A stretch of 64,000 nt of DNA, from assembly GCA_963754875.1 (NCBI GenBank), contig CAVWHO010000018.1, positions 1 through 64,000 of the forward strand, in the 5' to 3' direction. Origin of the DNA: Nitrospirota bacterium (GTDB lineage: Bacteria > Nitrospirota > UBA9217). Made by a program: the position numbers and the translations under genes. Shown in pieces: positions 30,802 to 42,191 of this stretch (the stretch's first letter is position 1; each line of letters starts with the position of its first letter). The notes under the pieces were generated by a model. It searched no databases. It was not told the DNA's origin and was given only the letters and a program-made list of their open reading frames with translations.

Positions 30802-31275
30802 TCATTGCTTCTCATTCCGCTCTTGCTGCTCCTGTGCGAGAAAATCCAGGATGATATCGTCGAGGCTCTTTTCTTTCACATCTTCCTTTGGTGCTGCAGA
30901 TGCACCGGGTTTGGGAGCGGGCGTTTCCGTCGCCGGAGCGGCCTTCGACACCTGCTCGGCTATTGGCGCAGGAGCTTCCTTCGGGGCAGCTGCGGGCTTA
31001 TAGGTGGCCTCGTGCGGGGCGTTGTTGAGGTCCAGCTTGCCCCGCATCAGGTCGCGGATCATCTGCTTGTGCTGCTCCATCATCAGTTCGCGCACTACCT
31101 CATCAAGACAGTCGGCCTTGAGGATATCGGCATAGCTCGTCTTGCGCGAGGCGAGGATCGCACCCTGTTGGTAGAGAAGAGACGTTATGTACGGGCTGCT
31201 TGTACCGCCGTCTTCAGTCTGGCAATGAAATACTTTGCCCTGGAATTTGAAGTCGGTATTGTAGCCGGTAAGCAT
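30802..31275 (-). CDS. Conserved hypothetical protein
   Basis: Globular N-terminus (GYNT...HCQTED), Pro/Ala linker, KSLDDIILDFL tail; typical codon usage. Confidence 0.8.
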   Translation of the reverse strand: MLTGYNTDFKFQGKVFHCQTEDGGTSSPYITSLLYQQGAILASRKTSYADILKADCLDEVVRELMMEQHKQMIRDLMRGKLDLNNAPHEATYKPAAAPKEAPAPIAEQVSKAAPATETPAPKPGASAAPKEDVKEKSLDDIILDFLAQEQQERNEKQ

Positions 31276-31360
31276 AGATGGTTATTATACAAATCACAGC
31301 AGGAAGATGCAAGCCTTTTTACTTGACAGAGAATGGACGTTGGTGTAATTTTGACTCCGT

Positions 31361-31447
31361 GCCGGCGTGGTGAAACTGGTAGACGCAGAGGACTCAAAAT
31401 CCTCCGGGGGCAACTCCATGTCGGTTCGATTCCGACCGCCGGCACCA
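31361..31447 (+). tRNA. tRNA-Leu(CAA)
   Basis: GCCGGCG/CGCCGGC acceptor stem, gagga-CTCAAAA-tcctc anticodon arm, long variable arm, GGTTCGATTCC T-loop, encoded CCA; TTGACA at 31323. Confidence 0.97.
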
Positions 31448-31777
31448 TAACTTTCATACAACTGTTCTTTGTGCCGGGGAAGGAATCGAACCAGGGGGTA
31501 TGGGGGAAAAAATTCCCCTATGCTTTGGGGGAGCTCACGAGGGGGCAAGCCCCATCGTGAAGCGAAGCGCGTGAGCTTCCGACTACGCGCACCATTCTCT
31601 AGCGCGTGCATGCAGTTACTCTTCCTTAGACTCTCCCGGAACACGACCAGGCAATGTATCAATGAGCCCTCGCAGACGCACCGAAATTTCGGCCAGAAAG
31701 CCTCTCCTGAACATTCTTCTCATGCGAAAAACAAAAGGATATCACACGGCACCGATTGTTTTGAGGGGCAGCTTGGC

Positions 31778-32428
31778 ATGAAATTGAAAAAGATCATCGT
31801 CAGTTTCCCGTTGGTTGCTCTGCTCGTCTTTCTGAGCTACTCCGTCCTGGACAAGGGGACCGCTCTCCTTATCAGAAAAATGTGGATGTCCAGCGCTCAG
31901 TTATCATTCTTTGCCATAGATGTTCCCGATTTTTTGTTTCTCCTGGTTTGTCTCATCACCGCCACTGCGTGGATCGCTTTTTTTTACCTCGCTCATAAAG
32001 GTATTTACAACGCCCATACACGATTCTTTCAGCTCATTGCCATTGCGGTGCCTCTTGTAAATGTCGTCAAAACGATTTTGAAATTTGCCTTCGGCAGGAT
32101 TAATACGAGGTTCTGGCTGCAGCATCCCAACGCCAGAGAATTTCACTGGTTTCATGGCTCGGCAAATTACAGCGGTTTCCCTTCGGGCCACATGGCCGTG
32201 TTTACGGTCCTTATTATCGCCCTTTCGATTTTTTATCCACGCTACAGGACGATCTATTTCGCTTTTCTCCTTGTGCTGGCTCTGGCTCTCATGATGACAA
32301 ATTACCATTTTGTAAGCGACATTATTGCCGGCGCTTACGTGGGCGTTTTGGTCCATGTTTTGATCGATTTCTGTTTAACCTATCTGCGGAGATCGAGGGA
32401 TTTCAACGACGGGGTAAAATCGAGATGA
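31778..32428 (+). CDS. PAP2-family membrane phosphatase
   Basis: K..FGR, FPSGH and HFVSD motifs; transmembrane segments. Confidence 0.88.
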   Translation: MKLKKIIVSFPLVALLVFLSYSVLDKGTALLIRKMWMSSAQLSFFAIDVPDFLFLLVCLITATAWIAFFYLAHKGIYNAHTRFFQLIAIAVPLVNVVKTILKFAFGRINTRFWLQHPNAREFHWFHGSANYSGFPSGHMAVFTVLIIALSIFYPRYRTIYFAFLLVLALALMMTNYHFVSDIIAGAYVGVLVHVLIDFCLTYLRRSRDFNDGVKSR

Positions 32429-32500
32429 GCTTTGCGGGGTGAGCAACCCGGAACGTGCTGCAGGCAGGTCTGCGGTGCGGAGCGGTTGCCTCGCTGCGGG

Positions 32501-33040
32501 CTAGATACTGTCAATCTCCCTTTTAAAATATCCGAATGCTTCCTGATCGACGATACAGAACTCGATAAGTTGCAGGGTGTTGGAAGGATTAGATTTCAGG
32601 AACGCAGCTGTCTCGCCGACGAGAATCTTTGCACACCGGTCCTTTGGGAACCCGAAGATGCCGGCACTGATGGCCGGGATGGAAATGCTCTTCATTTTTT
32701 TCTCCACGGCGAGCGCCAGGACGTTCTTGATTGCATGAGAGAGCTTCTTGTCCTCATCGCCCTCTCCCATCATCGGCCCCACGGCATGGATTACGAACCC
32801 CGCCTTCAACTTCCCGCCCGTCGTGATTGCGGCATTGCCGACGGGAACGTAGCCGATCTTGTCGCTCTCCTCCTGGATGATCCGGCCCCCTTTTCTCACG
32901 ATCGCGCCGGCAACCCCTCCGCCGTGCTGCAGACGGCTGTTCGCCGCGTTCACGATCGCGTCAACGTCACGCTCGGTGAGGTCGGCTGACACCAGCCTGA
33001 TGATTGTTTTCCCAATACTCTTCTCCAGAATGTCTGCCAT
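32501..33040 (-). CDS. Macro-domain protein
   Basis: DAIVNAAN, GGGVAGAI, HAVGP and PAISAGIFGFP motifs. Confidence 0.95.
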   Translation of the reverse strand: MADILEKSIGKTIIRLVSADLTERDVDAIVNAANSRLQHGGGVAGAIVRKGGRIIQEESDKIGYVPVGNAAITTGGKLKAGFVIHAVGPMMGEGDEDKKLSHAIKNVLALAVEKKMKSISIPAISAGIFGFPKDRCAKILVGETAAFLKSNPSNTLQLIEFCIVDQEAFGYFKREIDSI

Positions 33041-33117
33041 AATACGCCTCCCTCGTGATCTTGCGGAAGTCTGCAGCTGCCGGTCATTTCAACGGTTTCA
33101 CTTCCTTAGAGAACGCT

Positions 33118-33627
33118 TCAGGGATGCCCTCGTAATCGGTCTATCCACTTGTAATCTGCAAGCACCACCGAGGTTTCGGTCTGCCGTTCGGTGACCGACC
33201 AGTATGTCCTGAGCAGCCGGTTCTTCTCATCAGCGCCGACGAGGTGAAATCCGTGTTTTTCGTAAAACCGGATTGCCCAGACCGCTGCAGCCCAGGTACC
33301 CACGAGCGTGGGCCTTGCCGTCAGCGTTTTGAGATGGGCGATCAGCGATCCACCGATCCCCTTGCTTCGGTGGGCAGTACGCACATAGGCATGCCGAATG
33401 AGCGAAACGTCGTTTACGTGCTGGATGCCCATGACCCCGGCGAGTTCACGCTCTTCCTCATAGCCCCAGAACACGACGCCTGCATCCAGCTCTTGCCGAA
33501 GCTGGTCGAGGGACATATAGGGCTCATGCCAGCAGTCCTCTGGAATACGGCCTTGATAGGCGCTTGCCGCATCGTTGATAATGGCGTACAGGGTATTTAC
33601 ATCGTCCTCTGTGCACAATCGGATCAT
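33118..33627 (-). CDS. GNAT acetyltransferase
   Basis: HAYV...RSKGIG and AIRFYEKHGF motifs; AGGAG RBS. Confidence 0.9.
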   Translation of the reverse strand: MIRLCTEDDVNTLYAIINDAASAYQGRIPEDCWHEPYMSLDQLRQELDAGVVFWGYEEERELAGVMGIQHVNDVSLIRHAYVRTAHRSKGIGGSLIAHLKTLTARPTLVGTWAAAVWAIRFYEKHGFHLVGADEKNRLLRTYWSVTERQTETSVVLADYKWIDRLRGHP

Positions 33628-33839
33628 GGGGGCTCCTGTTTTCGCGGGATTGCTGTAAAGTATATCAGATTCCGTGGAAAATCGAAACATCGCTTCATCA
33701 CCGGGAGCAATGTATCTCCCCTCGACAAACGACAAGGAATGTCTTATTATTTCCCTACGGTCTGCTTACACGCCTTCGAAATGCTGGCGCGGAACGAATC
33801 GCATGAACCGATTGAACCTTAAGGAGATAAACAACATTG

Positions 33840-34871
33840 ATGAAACTTCGCTTTAACAAACAGAACGGCCCCGTGGATGAAGCCATCGACAGCCTCATCG
33901 CTCTGGCGGATGGCATACAGCGTCCTGAATATATCCGCGAAATGATTATTGCAGCGCTCAAGGCCGGCCAGGAAGACGACGAGAGCGCGGACCTGAAGCT
34001 TATGAACACCACGCTCAAGGAGATGCGGTTCACGTCCAAGGTCTTCGGTCCCTACCGCAATAAGCGCAAAGTCACGGTCTTCGGCTCCGCGCGCACCCAG
34101 CCTGAAGAGCCGATCTATGAAATGGCAAAACAGTTCGGACAAAAGCTGGCAGAGGTGGGTTATATGGTAATCACCGGCGGCGGAGGTGGCATTATGCAAG
34201 CCGTGAACGAAGGCGCGGGGCCTGAGCATTCCTTCGGCGTAAACATCCGCCTGCCGTTCGAACAGAGGCCCAACCCGGTGCTCGAGGGCAACCCGCGGCT
34301 CATCACGTACAAGTACTTTTTCAACCGGAAAGTCGCGTTTCTCAAGGAAGCCGACGCCGTAGCGCTCTTCCCCGGCGGGTTCGGCACTCTCGACGAGGCC
34401 ATGGAAACGCTCACGCTCGTTCAAACAGGAAAGCGCAACCCCCTGCCGCTCATCCTCGTGGACGATCCTACCTGTCCCTACTGGACCGAATTCATCAAAT
34501 TTATGGAAGAAGGGTTGCTGCAGCGCAACTACATCAGCAAAACCGATCTTGCGCTCTTCGAGCGCGTCGACTCCATAGAGGCGGCTGTCGCGAAAATCAA
34601 TCGTTTCTACAGCCGCTACCACAGCATGAGGTACGTAAACGGACACCTTGTATTCCGGCTCACTTCACCGATCAGCGAAGGAAACGTCCGCACGTTAAAG
34701 GAACATTTTTCGGACATCCTGCTGCCGCAGGGCGATATTGTGCAGTCGGGCGCTCTCCCGGAAGAGCTGGAAGACGCGGACGTGGTCAGCCTGCCGAGGC
34801 TCGTCATCGATTTCAACCGCAAGGATTTCGGCAGATTGCGAACCCTCATTGATGCAATCAATGATTTCTGA
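33840..34871 (+). CDS. LOG-family (lysine decarboxylase-like) nucleotide phosphoribohydrolase, long form
   Basis: VFGSAR, TGGGGGIM, YFFNRK and PGGFGTLDE motifs. Confidence 0.92.
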   Translation: MKLRFNKQNGPVDEAIDSLIALADGIQRPEYIREMIIAALKAGQEDDESADLKLMNTTLKEMRFTSKVFGPYRNKRKVTVFGSARTQPEEPIYEMAKQFGQKLAEVGYMVITGGGGGIMQAVNEGAGPEHSFGVNIRLPFEQRPNPVLEGNPRLITYKYFFNRKVAFLKEADAVALFPGGFGTLDEAMETLTLVQTGKRNPLPLILVDDPTCPYWTEFIKFMEEGLLQRNYISKTDLALFERVDSIEAAVAKINRFYSRYHSMRYVNGHLVFRLTSPISEGNVRTLKEHFSDILLPQGDIVQSGALPEELEDADVVSLPRLVIDFNRKDFGRLRTLIDAINDF

Positions 34872-35084
34872 CAAATCCGTGCACAAAAGGCACGAATAGC
34901 CGTGGACCTATCAGCCTCTCTGCTACTTAGGAAGTAATGTGGCCTTTCCTTGCTTGACATTCCTTAATCAAATGATAAGCTTTTACCATGCGGCCTCCAT
35001 CCAGAGGCCGCCTTTTCCTGTCCTTACAAACAATCTGTCGTAATCGCTGCAATAATAATGCATCTCAACCTCGGGAGGTGTTTT

Positions 35085-35537
35085 ATGATCAGTCTCGAAA
35101 TCAACGGTAAAGCATATCAAGTTGACGTGGCTCCGGACGTGCCTCTGCTCTGGGTCATCAGGGAGCGGCTCAAGCTCACCGGGACCAAGTTCGGCTGCGG
35201 CATCGGCATGTGCGGCTCCTGCACCGTCCATATCAACGGGAAAGCGGAACGCTCGTGCCAGACGCCCGTGGGGAGCGTGCAGGGCAAGAAGATTACCACG
35301 ATCGAAGGGCTTCCGGAAAACCATCCCGTGAAGCAGGCCTGGATCAAAGAGCAGGTCCCCCAGTGCGGCTATTGCCAGCCCGGCCAGATCATGCAGGCGG
35401 CCTCGCTTCTCGCCGAAGACCCGCATCCCAGCGAGGCAAAAGTCATAGAGCACATGAACGGCAACCTCTGCCGCTGCGGCACTTACCCCAAGATCAAGAG
35501 CGCCATCCGCCTCGCTTCAGCAGGAGGGAAAAAATGA
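35085..35537 (+). CDS. iorA: 2Fe-2S subunit of an isoquinoline/aldehyde oxidoreductase
   Basis: GTKFGCG.G.CGSC, QCGYCQPG and NLCRCG motifs; GGAGG RBS. Confidence 0.92.
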   Translation: MISLEINGKAYQVDVAPDVPLLWVIRERLKLTGTKFGCGIGMCGSCTVHINGKAERSCQTPVGSVQGKKITTIEGLPENHPVKQAWIKEQVPQCGYCQPGQIMQAASLLAEDPHPSEAKVIEHMNGNLCRCGTYPKIKSAIRLASAGGKK

Positions 35538-37696
35538 AGACCGACCTCACACGAAGACAGTTTCTGAAAATGACCGGCACCGGCCTTGCCATTGCCGTTG
35601 CCACGACCTCCACGGGGTCCCGGCTGCTCTCGGCCGCCGAACTGGAGAAGACCGGCTCTTTTCGGCCGAATGTCTGGCTGGAAGTACTGCCTGATAATAC
35701 GGTCATCGTGACCGTAAATAAATCCGAGATGGGCCAGGGCGTGTATACGTCGCTGCCCATGATCGTTGCCGACGAACTGGACGCGGACTGGAAAAACATT
35801 CGCATGGAGGTTGCGCCTGCAGCCGACGCGTACAAGGACGTCGCTTTCGGCATGCAGGCCACCGGTGGAAGCTCCAGTATCCGCCACATGTTGGAACCGC
35901 TCCGGAAAGCCGGTGCTGCAGCGCGCGAGATGCTGATTATTGCGGCGGCCCGCGAATGGAACGTCGCGGTCAAGGATTGCGCTGTCGCTCTGGGGACAGT
36001 GCGGCATATTAAGAGCAACCGCATGCTGACCTACGGCCAGCTTGCGAAGGAAGCAGCACGACTGGAAGTCCCGCAGAACCCCTTGCTCAAAAAGGAAAGC
36101 CAGTTCCGGTACATGGGCAAAGAAATGCCGCGGCTCGACATGCATGCCAAGGTGAACGGTACGGCGCAGTTCGGGATCGACTCCTTTGTGCCGGGCATGC
36201 TCTATGCCGCCATTGCGAGGCCGCCTGCCTACGGCGCGGACCTCGCTTCTTTTAATAAGGAAGCTGCCCAGGCTGTGGCCGGCGTACATGCCGTTGTGCC
36301 GATTCACAGCGGTATGGCTGTCTGCGCAGACACAATCGACGCGGCGTGGAAGGGCCGTGACGCGTTGAAACCCGATTGGCAAAACGCTAAATATCCGCTT
36401 CTCAGCACGGAATCACTGGCAAAAGAGTTCGTCGACCGACTGGAAACGAAAGGAATTATGGCCCGGAATGACGGCGATGTGAGCAAGGCGCTCACCTCGT
36501 CATCTCAAAAAATTGAGTCCCTCTACGTCCTGCCCTATCTGGCGCACGCCACCATGGAACCGATGAATTGTACGGTCCACGTCAAGAGCGACGGGTGCGA
36601 TATCTGGGCGCCCACGCAGAACCAGTCGGGCGTACAAACCATCGCGGCCCAGCTCACAGGGCTGAAACCGGAGCAGATCCATGTACACACGACGTTTCTT
36701 GGCGGCGGATTCGGCAGGCGCTTTGAGCGGGATTTCGTGGAAGAGGCGCTTCTTTTGTCCATTTCAACGGGCAAGCCGGTCAAACTCGTCTGGAAACGGG
36801 AAGAAGACATCCGGAACGATTTTTATCGCCCCATGAATGCAAGCAGGATCCAGGCGTCGCTCGACGCAGAGGGCCGCGTCACCTCCTGGTCGCACAAGAT
36901 CGTCTGCCCTTCCATTTTTGCCCGCGTGTTCCCACAGATGATGAAGAACGGCATAGACAGCGCGGCTGTGGAGGGCGTCGAAAACATGGAATACGAAGTC
37001 CCGAACGTTGCGGTCGAGTACGTTCGCTTCGACACGTTGGTCCCTGTCGGGTTCTGGCGTTCCGTGGGAAGCTCCCATAATGCGTTCACGGTAGAGAGTT
37101 TCATAGACGAGCTTGCCGCTGCGGCCAAAAAGGACCCTCTCGACTTCCGGCTCGGCCTCCTGAAAAACCATCCCCGCGCGCGCAAGGTCCTCGAAGTGGC
37201 CGCAGACAAGGCCGGTTGGGGCAAGGCCCCTACGCAGGGCCAGGCGCGCGGCATTGCGTATCACCTGTCCTTCGGGAGCTACGTCGCTGAAGTGGCCGAA
37301 GTCTCGGTTGACAAGAAGAGCGGCGCGATCAAGGTCCACAAAGTGACCTGTTCTGTTGACTGCGGTTCCACCGTAAACCCGGCAATCGTCTCGGCCCAGA
37401 TGATGGGCGGCCTCACCATGGGCCTCTCCGCCGCACTCAAGGAGAAGATCGAGATCTCGGGAGGCGGGATCAAATCCGAGAACTTCAGCGACTACGAGCT
37501 CCTGCGTATGAACGAGGCGCCTGACGTGGACGTTCACATCGTGAAGAGCGGTGAAAAAGTCGGAGGCATCGGCGAACCAGGCGTGCCTCCCATCGCGCCT
37601 GCTGTGGCGAACGCCGTATTCAAGGCGACCGGCGCACGTATCCGCCAGCTGCCGATGAAACCGGAGACCGTGCTCGCGGCAATGAAGTCAGCATAA
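35534..37696 (+). CDS. iorB: Molybdopterin-binding subunit, IorB-like
   Basis: TRRQFLK leader, SEMGQG, TGGSSS, GGGFGRR, WRSV and GEPGVPP motifs; ATGA overlap with iorA. Confidence 0.92.
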   Translation: MKTDLTRRQFLKMTGTGLAIAVATTSTGSRLLSAAELEKTGSFRPNVWLEVLPDNTVIVTVNKSEMGQGVYTSLPMIVADELDADWKNIRMEVAPAADAYKDVAFGMQATGGSSSIRHMLEPLRKAGAAAREMLIIAAAREWNVAVKDCAVALGTVRHIKSNRMLTYGQLAKEAARLEVPQNPLLKKESQFRYMGKEMPRLDMHAKVNGTAQFGIDSFVPGMLYAAIARPPAYGADLASFNKEAAQAVAGVHAVVPIHSGMAVCADTIDAAWKGRDALKPDWQNAKYPLLSTESLAKEFVDRLETKGIMARNDGDVSKALTSSSQKIESLYVLPYLAHATMEPMNCTVHVKSDGCDIWAPTQNQSGVQTIAAQLTGLKPEQIHVHTTFLGGGFGRRFERDFVEEALLLSISTGKPVKLVWKREEDIRNDFYRPMNASRIQASLDAEGRVTSWSHKIVCPSIFARVFPQMMKNGIDSAAVEGVENMEYEVPNVAVEYVRFDTLVPVGFWRSVGSSHNAFTVESFIDELAAAAKKDPLDFRLGLLKNHPRARKVLEVAADKAGWGKAPTQGQARGIAYHLSFGSYVAEVAEVSVDKKSGAIKVHKVTCSVDCGSTVNPAIVSAQMMGGLTMGLSAALKEKIEISGGGIKSENFSDYELLRMNEAPDVDVHIVKSGEKVGGIGEPGVPPIAPAVANAVFKATGARIRQLPMKPETVLAAMKSA

Positions 37697-37877
37697 ACCA
37701 CAGAACCTTTTATCAGGAGAAAGGGAGAAAAAAAGCGAAATGGGGAGTAAGAACAGAACATTTGTTCTCTCCCCCTTTCCCGATTTCTTCCCATCCCCAT
37801 TTCTCCTCAAAAAGGTTTTGCTGTTCTTTCTCTGGCCGTGTTCATCCGTGGTTAGTAATTTTTTAACGAGGTGATTC

Positions 37878-38720
37878 ATGCAGATCTACGAAGAAGTCCT
37901 CAGGCTTAAACGCCTGGGCAGGACCTCCGCGATCGCGACCATTGTCGAGTGCCGCGGCTCGTCGCCCCAGAAGCAGGGCGCCAAAATGCTCGTGCGCGAC
38001 GACGGCTCGACCCTGGGGACCTTGGGCGGCGGTTGCCTCGAGGCCGACGTGGTGCAGGCGGCGCGTATGACCATGAAGGACGGGAATCCGATGACCCTGC
38101 CCTTCGAGCTTACGGAGCGCAAAGGGGGTCTCGTGTGCGGCGGCACGGTCCTGGTCTACGTCGAACCGGTGATGCTCGAACCGCATCTCGTTATCCTCGG
38201 CGCGGGCCACGTGGGCAAGACGCTCTCCAAACTTGCGCGCTTTACCGGTTTCCGCGTGACCGTGGTCGATGACCGCGTGGAATTCGCAAACCGGGAAAAC
38301 ATTCCCGATGCTACGGACATCGTGGTCAATGAATTTACGCGGGCCTTCGAACAGACCACCATCGAAAAAGACACCTCTGTCGTCGTGGCTACGCGAGGGC
38401 ATAATCACGACCTCGATGCCGTCAAAGCTGCACTCGGGACAAAGGCCCGATATGTCGGCCTTCTCGGAAGCAGACGCAAAAAAGCCCTGCTCTTCAAGGC
38501 GCTCGAGGAAGCCGGTTTTTCGCAGGAAGATATCAGCCGGGTCGTGATCCCGGTGGGCCTGCCTATCGGCTCGATCACACCTGAAGAAATCGCCGTGAGC
38601 ATCATGGCGCAGATCATAGAACAGCGGAGAACACATGGGAAACAACGTATCGGCGATCCTGCTTGCAGCAGGCTCGTCCAGCAGGATGGGGCGGACCAAA
38701 CAGCTTCTCCAACTCGGTGA
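37878..38720 (+). CDS. xdhC: XdhC/CoxI molybdoenzyme maturation factor
   Basis: GSSP..GAKM, GGGCLE, CGG, GAGHV, YVGLLGS and PEEIAVSI motifs. Confidence 0.92.
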   Translation: MQIYEEVLRLKRLGRTSAIATIVECRGSSPQKQGAKMLVRDDGSTLGTLGGGCLEADVVQAARMTMKDGNPMTLPFELTERKGGLVCGGTVLVYVEPVMLEPHLVILGAGHVGKTLSKLARFTGFRVTVVDDRVEFANRENIPDATDIVVNEFTRAFEQTTIEKDTSVVVATRGHNHDLDAVKAALGTKARYVGLLGSRRKKALLFKALEEAGFSQEDISRVVIPVGLPIGSITPEEIAVSIMAQIIEQRRTHGKQRIGDPACSRLVQQDGADQTASPTR

Positions 38721-39231
38721 AAAACCGGTCATCCGGCACTGCATCGATGCGCTCATCGCGGCCCGGATTCCGGAGATCGTGGTTGTCGTCAATGCCGCGG
38801 ACAACGGGATCACGCAAGCGCTGTCCGGGCTTCCCGTGACCTTCGTCGTTAACACCACACCGGGAAGCGACATGACCGAATCCGTCAGGACCGGCCTCGC
38901 CGCACTGGGCAGCGCTATTGGCATTCTCGTCTGCCTCTCCGACCATCCCCTCGTGAGATCTGAGACGATTGAAGCGTTGATCACCGAGCACGAGAACCTG
39001 CCGGATAAAATCATCATCCCCTGCTACAACGGACGCCGTGGCCATCCTAGCCTTTTCCCGAAAAATACTCTGCAGAACCTGCACTCCGGAGACACTCTCC
39101 GGGACATCATCAGGAAAGAACCGCACAGGGTCGTGACAATCGATACTGGTGATGAAGGTGTCGTGCTCGACATGGACACGCCTGAGGAGTTTCACCATAT
39201 CGTGGAAACGATGAGAAAAAAGCAGGGTTGA
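38635..39231 (+). CDS. mocA: Molybdenum cofactor cytidylyltransferase-like NTP transferase
   Basis: LAAGSSSRMG..KQLL, D.P, RGHP and DMDTPEE motifs. Confidence 0.88.
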   Translation: MGNNVSAILLAAGSSSRMGRTKQLLQLGEKPVIRHCIDALIAARIPEIVVVVNAADNGITQALSGLPVTFVVNTTPGSDMTESVRTGLAALGSAIGILVCLSDHPLVRSETIEALITEHENLPDKIIIPCYNGRRGHPSLFPKNTLQNLHSGDTLRDIIRKEPHRVVTIDTGDEGVVLDMDTPEEFHHIVETMRKKQG

Positions 39232-39631
39232 TCCCACGTTGTCCTCTTCCCCCTTTGACCGTCACCGGTTGCCGCAGCAGTATGCCCTTTCGTACTTACG
39301 GTTATATCGTTCCAGCAAGGATGTCGAGTCTGAAATCACGTCAAAGATCCGGCCGGAGAGCTATCATTACGATTTAATGCAACTTTCCGCTCAAGACAAC
39401 TGTTGCTTTCGTTTATCAGCATACCGGGTGCAGTAAAAGGTTTTAACACCGCGGAAATGACGGGGAAATTCGCCTGCACACAGGTAAGTGATCCCTCTAT
39501 CCAGCTGACCGGACAGCCGGAACCAACGCTTTCTGCTTGAAATCTATTGACAATAAATCAGCCGCTATGATATAAAAGAGGTCTTTTGAGATATATTCCC
39601 GGCCTGATTCGGCAGCTAAGGATAGCATGAA

Positions 39632-40957
39632 ATGGCAATCATAACCCCCTTCCGGGGAATCGTCTATAACCAGGCAAAAGCAGGCAAACTAAGCGATCTC
39701 GTCTGCCCGCCTTACGACATCATATCAGCAACAGAGCAGCAGGACCTGTACCGCAAGAACCCCTATAACGTGATCCGGCTCGAATACGGACTGGCGAGCC
39801 CCGGCGACACGGAAGAGGACAGCAGGTACACCCGGGCAGCTGCTGCTCTCGAAGAGTGGTCGCGCACGAATGTGCTGCAGCAGGACAAGGCCCCGGCCTT
39901 CTATATATATGAGATGGAGTACCCCGTGGGAGCGACTGTCAAAAAACTCCGCGGGTTCATCGGCCTGGTGAGGATCGAGGACTACGACTCGGGCGTCGTC
40001 AAACCCCACGAGACGACGCTGTCCGGTCCCAAGACGGACCGTCTTAACCTGCTGCGCGCGTGCAAGGCAAGCTTCAGCCAGATCTTCTCGGTTTTCTCCG
40101 ATCCCCAGGGGAAGGTTTCGGACGTTCTCGGCAAGGTCCGCAACAAGCCCGGGATGGAAGTAAACAGCAGCGACAACGTCGTCCATCGCGCCTGGGTCCT
40201 GAACGACAAGAACGATATCGAGGCCATCGTGCGTGAGATGGCGGACAAGCAGATCTTCATCGCCGACGGCCATCACCGGTACGATACGGCATTGAATTAT
40301 AGAAACGAGCGGCGCAAAGCAGCGGGCTCCTTCACGGGCGAGGAAGGATTCAGCTACGTTGCCATGTTCCTGGCCCGGATGGAAGACCCGGGGCTCACCA
40401 TCCTCCCTGCGCACCGCGCGCTTTTCAATCTGACGAACTTCGATCCGCGCAAATTCGAAGACGACCTGAACTGCTACTTCAACATCGAGCGGATCGATTT
40501 CAACAGAAAATCGGAAGCCAAGGATCTGCAGACAGTTCTGGACACCCTGGCCCACCGCGCGGACCACTCCCACGTTTTCGGCATGCGGGTCAAGGGAGAG
40601 CACAGCTACTATCTGCTGACCCTCAGGAGCGAAGCGGATATGGACGCCCTGCTTCCGGCAAAATCGCCGGCCTATAGGCGGCTGGATGTTTCGATCCTGC
40701 ACCACCTGATCATCGATAAACTGCTCGGGATCAAGATGGAGACGCACAAGCTGGGGCTCAATATCGAATACATCAAGGATGCCGATGAAGCGGACAAGCG
40801 GGTCCACGAAGGGGCCGTCGAGCTCGTCTTCTTCATGAACCCAACCAAGGTGCATGAGGTAAAGGAAGTGGCGGCAGCAGGCGAGCGCATGCCCCAGAAA
40901 GCAACATACTTTTATCCCAAGCTCCTGACGGGGCTGGTGATGAACAAACTAGACTGA
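39632..40957 (+). CDS. DUF1015-family protein
   Basis: PPYDII, PHETT, IADGHHRY and MPQKATYFYPK motifs. Confidence 0.9.
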   Translation: MAIITPFRGIVYNQAKAGKLSDLVCPPYDIISATEQQDLYRKNPYNVIRLEYGLASPGDTEEDSRYTRAAAALEEWSRTNVLQQDKAPAFYIYEMEYPVGATVKKLRGFIGLVRIEDYDSGVVKPHETTLSGPKTDRLNLLRACKASFSQIFSVFSDPQGKVSDVLGKVRNKPGMEVNSSDNVVHRAWVLNDKNDIEAIVREMADKQIFIADGHHRYDTALNYRNERRKAAGSFTGEEGFSYVAMFLARMEDPGLTILPAHRALFNLTNFDPRKFEDDLNCYFNIERIDFNRKSEAKDLQTVLDTLAHRADHSHVFGMRVKGEHSYYLLTLRSEADMDALLPAKSPAYRRLDVSILHHLIIDKLLGIKMETHKLGLNIEYIKDADEADKRVHEGAVELVFFMNPTKVHEVKEVAAAGERMPQKATYFYPKLLTGLVMNKLD

Positions 40958-42079
<1,122 letters not shown>

Positions 42080-42191
42080 GCAACCACGGGTTCTGCTCCG
42101 CAGAACACACTGATAAACACGGATGAAAGAGCAGAAGGCTGTTTTCTTAAACCGTGTGCGACGAAGTCGCCTGTGGTTGTAGGAGGCATCT

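Noticed and set aside
31471..31594. A second tRNA gene
   Set aside because: Only 3'-end similarity; no D or anticodon arm can be formed
32501..34871. Macro + GNAT + LOG as a defence or modification system
   Set aside because: All are common stand-alone genes, LOG is divergent, and no partner ADP-ribosyltransferase or effector is present
38635..38720. xdhC-mocA fusion broken by a frameshift
   Set aside because: mocA has its own ATG and GGAG RBS, so an 86-nt overlap is the simpler reading
39240..39540. ncRNA or small ORF in the mocA-DUF1015 gap
   Set aside because: No recognisable 6S, tmRNA, SRP or riboswitch features; the short ORFs lack support
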